From NCBI GenBank assembly GCA_001563335.1, contig LRSL01000027.1:1-11832 (forward strand): 11,832 nt of DNA. The letters are read 5' to 3'. The DNA is from Candidatus Thorarchaeota archaeon SMTZ1-45. GTDB lineage: Archaea > Asgardarchaeota > Thorarchaeia > Thorarchaeales > Thorarchaeaceae. Shown piece after piece: positions 6,732-11,832 of the stretch; the stretch's first letter is position 1; each line of letters begins with the position of its first letter. A program made the translations under genes and the position numbers. Below the pieces are notes generated by a model. The model worked only from the letters and a program-made list of their open reading frames with translations. It ran no database searches and was not told the DNA's origin.

Positions 6732-7394
6732 TCATTCATCATCAAGTGACCGCCAGGCAAGATATGTACCTACAGTTTCTAGAGGGTGCCATGGTTCAGC
6801 GAGTTTCTCAACCTCTTTCTGTGTGGGTATCTTTGCAAGTCTATAGAGTTTCATGACACCTTTCCTCACACCTAGGTCTCCGGAAGACAAGACATCCAAA
6901 CGTCCTAAAGAGAATATCAGATACATATGGACTGTCCACTCTCCCACACCTTTGATTTGAGTAAAAAGTTGAGTTATCTCCTTTGAAGGGAGATTTGAGA
7001 GTGATTCAATTGTACGATATTTCCAGAGGAATCCTCCCTTTCCAAATGCTTCAGCCACGTTATGTATGTAAGATGCTTTTTGTCTAGATAGCCCAACACT
7101 ACGAAGTTCTTCAATCGTTTTGGACAGAACTCTACTTGGAGTGAGTTTGCCAACAAGTCCAATAAATCGGTCATGGATGGTTCGTGCTGCTGGATATGCA
7201 AGTTGTTGATACATGATTGATCTTATGAGCATATCAAAGGGCGGATTGAACGTTGGTTCAAGCTTCATCTTTGCCTTCCTTAATGGAGCTTCAAGCTCGG
7301 GCACTTGTTTTGCGAATTTATCGAGTGTTTGCTTTCTGAATATGTTTGGCATAGTGAAACGCAGTTGTGGTATTATTGTATTAACTGTGCTCAT
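6732..7394 (-). CDS. alkA: DNA-3-methyladenine glycosylase II (AlkA-like, HhH-GPD superfamily)
   Basis: LIRSIMYQQLA, LRSVGLSRQKASYI, HhH motif IKGVGEWT, catalytic Asp in GDLGVRK, WHP. The start could be ATG 7352. Confidence 0.9.
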   Translation of the reverse strand: MSTVNTIIPQLRFTMPNIFRKQTLDKFAKQVPELEAPLRKAKMKLEPTFNPPFDMLIRSIMYQQLAYPAARTIHDRFIGLVGKLTPSRVLSKTIEELRSVGLSRQKASYIHNVAEAFGKGGFLWKYRTIESLSNLPSKEITQLFTQIKGVGEWTVHMYLIFSLGRLDVLSSGDLGVRKGVMKLYRLAKIPTQKEVEKLAEPWHPLETVGTYLAWRSLDDE

Positions 7395-7445
7395 TCAAAC
7401 ATTTTTACTTTGAAATTTAGAATCTCATTATAATTTGCTTAGAAC

Positions 7446-7473
7446 ATAACCATAATATTGGTTATCCAATATT
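7446..7473. promoter_or_regulatory. Overlapping inverted repeats in the alkA / hypothetical divergent promoter (candidate operator)
   Basis: ATAACCA-N6-TGGTTAT (7446-7465) and AATATTGG-N4-CCAATATT (7454-7473). Confidence 0.45.
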
Positions 7474-7486
7474 TCGTTGTCTGACA

Positions 7487-7825
7487 ATGACCGAATCAAA
7501 TTATCCATCTATTGACGAGATAATCTCGCTCGTTGCTGAGCTCGTACCGGATGTTCCTATACCTAGTGATCTTTTTGCTGAGATAAAGGCCAAAGACAGG
7601 ATCTTGTGGTTGGAGGGCTGGTGTGATGGGTGCATTGCCAGAGAAGGATTTCCAAAAAAGGGACAGGGAATGCTTCAAGAGAAGCTGGACTATATTGCTA
7701 AAGTGACACCAAGATTCCTTCAAAGCAGGGCTGAGGAAAAAGGCATGGTAGTTCGCTGGTCTGGATTCATTCCCTTGAAGGATAAAGAACACCTGTACGG
7801 TGTTTCCTGGGGTATTTTCTCGTAG
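7487..7825 (+). CDS. Hypothetical protein with a WCDGC (CxxC) motif
   Basis: 112-aa ORF with protein-like composition, an ATG start after an AT-rich promoter-like stretch, divergent from alkA. No family recognised. Confidence 0.7.
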   Translation: MTESNYPSIDEIISLVAELVPDVPIPSDLFAEIKAKDRILWLEGWCDGCIAREGFPKKGQGMLQEKLDYIAKVTPRFLQSRAEEKGMVVRWSGFIPLKDKEHLYGVSWGIFS

Positions 7826-8104
7826 AGATTCTAGTAGATACAATAATTGATCTAGTTGTAATCCCCAGCGTTGATATCTAAGACTATCAAAAAAATACAT
7901 GTTTGTGCATAATTAATTACACCTCCTTCGTGCACTCGCACGCTAATGGTAGCTTTAAGACAAAGCTATGCTCTGCCTCATAATTACGAAAAACGAGTCT
8001 GTGGTTTCATCAACTTTCATAGAATTTGTTCGACCGATTCAGGTCAATCCACACAGTACCACCTTCTTCATATGATAAGCATCATGAATTATGGAGGAGT
8101 AATA

Positions 8105-10384
8105 ATGAAAAAACAAGAGAACAGACTGAGAATGAAGCCAGAATCATCAGTGATAGCTGCTCTGATCTTCTCTAGTATGTTCTTTTTGTTGCCATTACAT
8201 CAGGTAGAGGCTAACACAAATCCCTCCATCCCAAATCCGAATACGATGGTCTACACCACCAATGAGGGTTATTTGCACACACTTGATCCAGCATTGGTGT
8301 GGGATTCTATGGTTCTATCTAACTGTTATGACACTTTGGTGTCCTACGATAGAGAGAGAGTGGATAGGTTTCGACCATTACTCGTGACAGAGGTTCCTAG
8401 TCTGGAGAATAGAAGAATCAGTGCTGATGGTCTGACTTACTGTTTCACAATCAGGAGCGACTCGCCTTTGACGCCTGAGGATGTTGAATACTCCTTTGAG
8501 AGAGTTATGGTACGAGGAGGCCGATGGAGTATGGCGGCATTGCTAAGAGAACGTCTACTAGGGGAAAACTCAGAAAGTTGGAATGGATCTCCACCCTACA
8601 GTTTTGAAGACCTCCCCTATAGTTTTAAGGACATAGACAATGCAGTCGAAGTTGAGGGCAATGATGTTGTGTTTCATCTTGCAGAGATATATCCTCCATT
8701 CATGCATATTCTGGTGTCGAGCTGTTCTTCCATAGTCAGCAAAGCATGGTGTGTCGAGCATGACGACTGGCCAGGGACAGAAGAAACATGGGTAGACTAT
8801 ATCGATCGGGAAGACTCTCCACTTGATAGTGAAACCCAAGGGTATGGACCGTTCATTCTTGAGAGCATGGCAGACTGGAGTATCGAGCTTGTCAGAAACG
8901 AAGATTACTGGAGAGGACCAGCTAGACTGGAGAGAGTCGTATTCAGATTCTCTGACAATTGGGAGATAAGGAAACAGATGTTCTTGGAGGAGGGGCAGTA
9001 CTGGGAGCTGTTGGGTACAGCAGATATCTGTTGGGTAATGGATGGGAACTACTCGGAGCTTGAGGGTGTCGAAGGAATACGGGTCTATACGAAACTGCCA
9101 ACACTGGAGTACCTTACACTGAGCTTCAACTTTGCGATTGAAGAAGACAGCCCCTACATAGGGAGTGGTGATTTAGACGGAAATGGTGTCCCGCCAGACT
9201 TCTTCAGCGACATTGACACTAGAAAGGCCTTTGCATATTCGATCGACTATGATACCATCATCAATAAGATCTATGCGGGTGAAGCAATGCAACCAGTCAG
9301 TCCTGTGATAGAAGGACTTTCCTTCCACAATCCAGATCAAGAATGCTACACTTACGACCTTGACAGAGCCCGACAGCATTTCCAGCAGGCTTGGGGCGGC
9401 GAGGTGTGGAATAAGGGATTCAATCTCACGCTAGTCTTTAAAGGCTTTTCACCAACGGGGGGGGTTGAAACAAACCCACGTAATTTCATGATTGTAGAAA
9501 CACTCAAGAACAGTATTGAATCGATAAACACAAACTTCCATGTGAACATACAACCCCTATATTGGTGGTATAGGAATTTGATTGCGCTCTCTATCGAGGG
9601 CGAAAGACTCGAAACTGATCCGGGACTAATATATTTCCCTCATCAGGGATATGTTGACACTAGTTACGATAGTCTAATTGAGGCGGGGATGAATACTGTT
9701 GACTCTGCAGAGAGGCAGGCTATTTACTATGAGCTTCAGAGGATCTATCATGAGGACGTCTTAGGCATTCCACTTGTCCAGCCGCTCACTCGTCACTATC
9801 AGCGCGACTGGGTCTGGGGATGGTATTACAACCCAGCTGCTGGAATGAACTTCTATGAGATGTTGAAGGGTACATACATGGACGCAGCGAGGAACATTAT
9901 TGCGCATGTTGAGAATCTTGTCAATAATGGTATCATGCTATCTGATGCGGGGGATTCTTTGACCTATAAACTAGGGAGTTCCATTTACCTCATGGACATG
10001 GGCGATCTATTAGGAGCCGCTCAACAGCTGAACGTCTTCATTGAGCAAGTTAGTGCTTTGGATTTACCAGTTAGTAATGGAGATGAGCTCATTGCTCTGG
10101 CACAAGAAATCTTAGAGGTTCTTTCCAAGACCCCAGTGAGCATCTTGATGGCTCGAGCCTTTTCTCTCTCTGTATTTGTATTAGCAACCGGACTGTTTAT
10201 TGCAACTATAGCCTTGCTAATGGACAGAAGAAAGGAGAGAAAATGGAAGAAACTAATTCAGGTGAAACAACCTGAAAATACTGTTGATATCCCGGATGTC
10301 CGTGTATCGATCACATATACGCTTCTCTCTCGACTCAGAGAGTCAAGGTGGAACATTTTCAGAAGGAAGACAGAGTCAGACTGA
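8105..10384 (+). CDS. ABC transporter substrate-binding protein family 5 (OppA/DppA-like) with FIMAH-like helical domain and C-terminal membrane anchor
   Basis: Signal-like segment (SVIAALIFSSMFFLLPLHQVEA), TLDPA, YDTLV, ISADGLTYCFTIR, TPEDVEYSFER, GYGPF, LVRNEDYW, RKAFAYSIDY, ERQAIYYELQ. After these come an approximately 80-aa helical domain, a TM helix and a basic tail. ATG 8105 follows a GGAGGAG SD, so the ORF-track start 7946 is probably too long. Confidence 0.9.
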   Translation: MKKQENRLRMKPESSVIAALIFSSMFFLLPLHQVEANTNPSIPNPNTMVYTTNEGYLHTLDPALVWDSMVLSNCYDTLVSYDRERVDRFRPLLVTEVPSLENRRISADGLTYCFTIRSDSPLTPEDVEYSFERVMVRGGRWSMAALLRERLLGENSESWNGSPPYSFEDLPYSFKDIDNAVEVEGNDVVFHLAEIYPPFMHILVSSCSSIVSKAWCVEHDDWPGTEETWVDYIDREDSPLDSETQGYGPFILESMADWSIELVRNEDYWRGPARLERVVFRFSDNWEIRKQMFLEEGQYWELLGTADICWVMDGNYSELEGVEGIRVYTKLPTLEYLTLSFNFAIEEDSPYIGSGDLDGNGVPPDFFSDIDTRKAFAYSIDYDTIINKIYAGEAMQPVSPVIEGLSFHNPDQECYTYDLDRARQHFQQAWGGEVWNKGFNLTLVFKGFSPTGGVETNPRNFMIVETLKNSIESINTNFHVNIQPLYWWYRNLIALSIEGERLETDPGLIYFPHQGYVDTSYDSLIEAGMNTVDSAERQAIYYELQRIYHEDVLGIPLVQPLTRHYQRDWVWGWYYNPAAGMNFYEMLKGTYMDAARNIIAHVENLVNNGIMLSDAGDSLTYKLGSSIYLMDMGDLLGAAQQLNVFIEQVSALDLPVSNGDELIALAQEILEVLSKTPVSILMARAFSLSVFVLATGLFIATIALLMDRRKERKWKKLIQVKQPENTVDIPDVRVSITYTLLSRLRESRWNIFRRKTESD

Positions 10385-10854
10385 AATTAGTGTTCATTTC
10401 TAATTCTGAGAATTCCAAGTACCTTGCTGGCAAACACCTAACTTATGAGTGAACATTATCCAGAAGCGGAAAGTCCCACGCCCAGTGATTTCCCTCATCA
10501 GATACTAGTATACCTTGCAGGTTGCATTCCATCGAACTCATACATCATGGTCTTTCTACTCATAATTGCATTAGTCGCTTGTCACACTATCGAGATTGTG
10601 AAGACTTTGTGTGATACCTCTCATGTTACCTCTGAGTATCAGTCAAGCAATCAGATATGACCAGTAAATGGGAGAGGTCAGGATGCAAGAGTGGGTAGGT
10701 TATCAAATCAAGGGATTAAACTGTCTTCACTTGATGATTTCGAGTGAATGTAGTGTATAGTGAGCACCTGTCTCTATCAAGGAATTCCTGTTGCTTCACA
10801 GGATTGAAACTCGTGAGCGTTTGTTGATATTTGCTGACGAGGGATTTCTTATAT

Positions 10855-11832
10855 TCAAGGTTTCTTCTTTAGAAAAACAATAACAATAGCTAGTACTATT
10901 GCAGCTCCTATTCCTGTGCCTAGACCAAAAGCTAGGAGTGAATCCATTTCCTCAACAACTGTAGTAGTAGACGTCGATGTAGTTGTTGTAATAATCGGAA
11001 CTTCAAGAACCGTGACAACAAACGTAGCAGAACAGGAATTATCAAAAAGATCATACGCGGTAATGTTCAGACCATATAACGCTGGTTCCAAAACTGAATT
11101 ATTTGTAATCCGAACAGTACTACCCAAATCATAGTAAGTAGCATTCAGTGAGAAGTGTTCAGTATCATTGATAGTCCAGCGGGAGATGCCTGAACGGTCA
11201 AGAGCTTGAATCAGTAGATTTACTCCAACACCATAATCAATCGTGAGATCCATTGGTGTGACGACCCAGCTTGGAGCAGTGGTATCGAGAGTTAGCACTA
11301 CATCCACTTCAAATCTGGCGAGAATGCTAAAACCGTAAAGGTTGGTTACTGCAACTTGTATTTCGTAGTCGCCTGGAGAGAGAGTTCCAATCGATTCTAA
11401 AACTCCTTGGCTATCGATTGTGAACTGAGCTGTCCAAGAGTCCCATATCACAGACCAGAAGATTGGTGCTGGTGCTGTAGCATTGAGGTCATAGATAAAG
11501 TGTGTACCAAACTCGATAGTCTGATCTTTGGGAATTTCAATCCACCTAGGTCGTGTTGGTGCGAACATCAATGGATGATTATCAATGATGATCCCGGAAG
11601 TATACGCGGTATCACCAAAACCATCCTCATCAGCATCAGAGCCTAAGTAATCCGACCAGTAGTTATAATCGAAGTTATTGTTCCCAGATCCATCAAAGGC
11701 AGAACCAATTAGGTTATTGTCAAAAATATTCCATTGGAAAACATTTTCAAAATTATCGACAGGTCTGATATAGAGACCATACTCTCCGTTTCCACTGCAA
11801 ATGTTGCCAGTTAAATTGTTGAGATTTGAACT
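10855..11832 (-). CDS. NosD/right-handed beta-helix surface protein with two Ig/cadherin-like domains, Thr/Ser linker and C-terminal TM anchor; 5'-truncated by the window edge
   Basis: The frame stays open from 11571 to the window end (SSNLNNLTGNICSGNGEYGLYI...NYWSDYLGSDADEDGFGDTAY). It has two repeats (PRWIEIPKDQTIEFG / PSWVVTPMDLTIDYG), then TTTTSTSTTT, a hydrophobic helix and KKKP. Many N-x-S/T sequons. Confidence 0.88.
   Translation of the reverse strand, partial: SSNLNNLTGNICSGNGEYGLYIRPVDNFENVFQWNIFDNNLIGSAFDGSGNNNFDYNYWSDYLGSDADEDGFGDTAYTSGIIIDNHPLMFAPTRPRWIEIPKDQTIEFGTHFIYDLNATAPAPIFWSVIWDSWTAQFTIDSQGVLESIGTLSPGDYEIQVAVTNLYGFSILARFEVDVVLTLDTTAPSWVVTPMDLTIDYGVGVNLLIQALDRSGISRWTINDTEHFSLNATYYDLGSTVRITNNSVLEPALYGLNITAYDLFDNSCSATFVVTVLEVPIITTTTSTSTTTVVEEMDSLLAFGLGTGIGAAIVLAIVIVFLKKKP

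Noticed and set aside
7496-7900. 134-aa minus-strand ORF
   Set aside because: Antisense shadow of the more protein-like + strand ORF 7487-7825.
7946-8104. 53-codon N-terminal extension of the SBP in the ORF track
   Set aside because: It would bury the signal peptide, and a strong GGAGGAG SD precedes ATG 8105.
10468-10501. Minus-strand CTGATGA followed by a stem (hammerhead, SECIS or C/D box candidate)
   Set aside because: The stem is followed by GCTT rather than GAAA or a GA quartet partner, and there is no D box at a suitable distance.
10445-10660. 71-aa ORF with a hydrophobic stretch
   Set aside because: No SD, no recognisable family and atypical composition. It cannot be supported as a CDS, although a small membrane protein is not excluded.
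668-11646. Remaining short tracked ORFs (668-883, 1981-2217, 3642-3920, 4809-4991, 5050-5274, 5801-6067, 6974-7201, 7213-7413, 8570-8839, 9173-9379, 9352-9549, 10916-11134, 11407-11646)
   Set aside because: All overlap well-supported genes in antisense or alternative frames and show no motifs.

Overview
Archaeal chromosomal window. GGTGA ribosome-binding sites, TATA-like boxes and gene content suggest an Asgard archaeon, probably Thorarchaeia; this is inference, as no marker gene is present. The left end is a + strand run of iscS (5'-truncated), iscU, a GNAT and a PD-(D/E)xK-like/wHTH gene, and both Fe-S genes are non-canonical. IscS has Asp in place of the PLP-binding Lys (Archaeoglobus fulgidus type) but keeps its loop Cys. 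IscU is fused to a degenerate thioredoxin-reductase NADPH-domain fold lacking CxxC, GxGxxA and HRR. Next come a tandem Lrp/AsnC-like regulator that appears to start at ACG, a divergent broken wHTH gene, a thioredoxin-fold protein, a Cys/Met trans-sulfuration PLP enzyme, PspC, a small Cys/His metal-binding protein, AlkA and a hypothetical protein. The right end holds a family-5 ABC substrate-binding protein with a FIMAH-like domain and C-terminal anchor, and the 3' part of a NosD/beta-helix surface protein. I found no rRNA, tRNA, CRISPR array or mobile element. All family calls are by eye; no searches were run.
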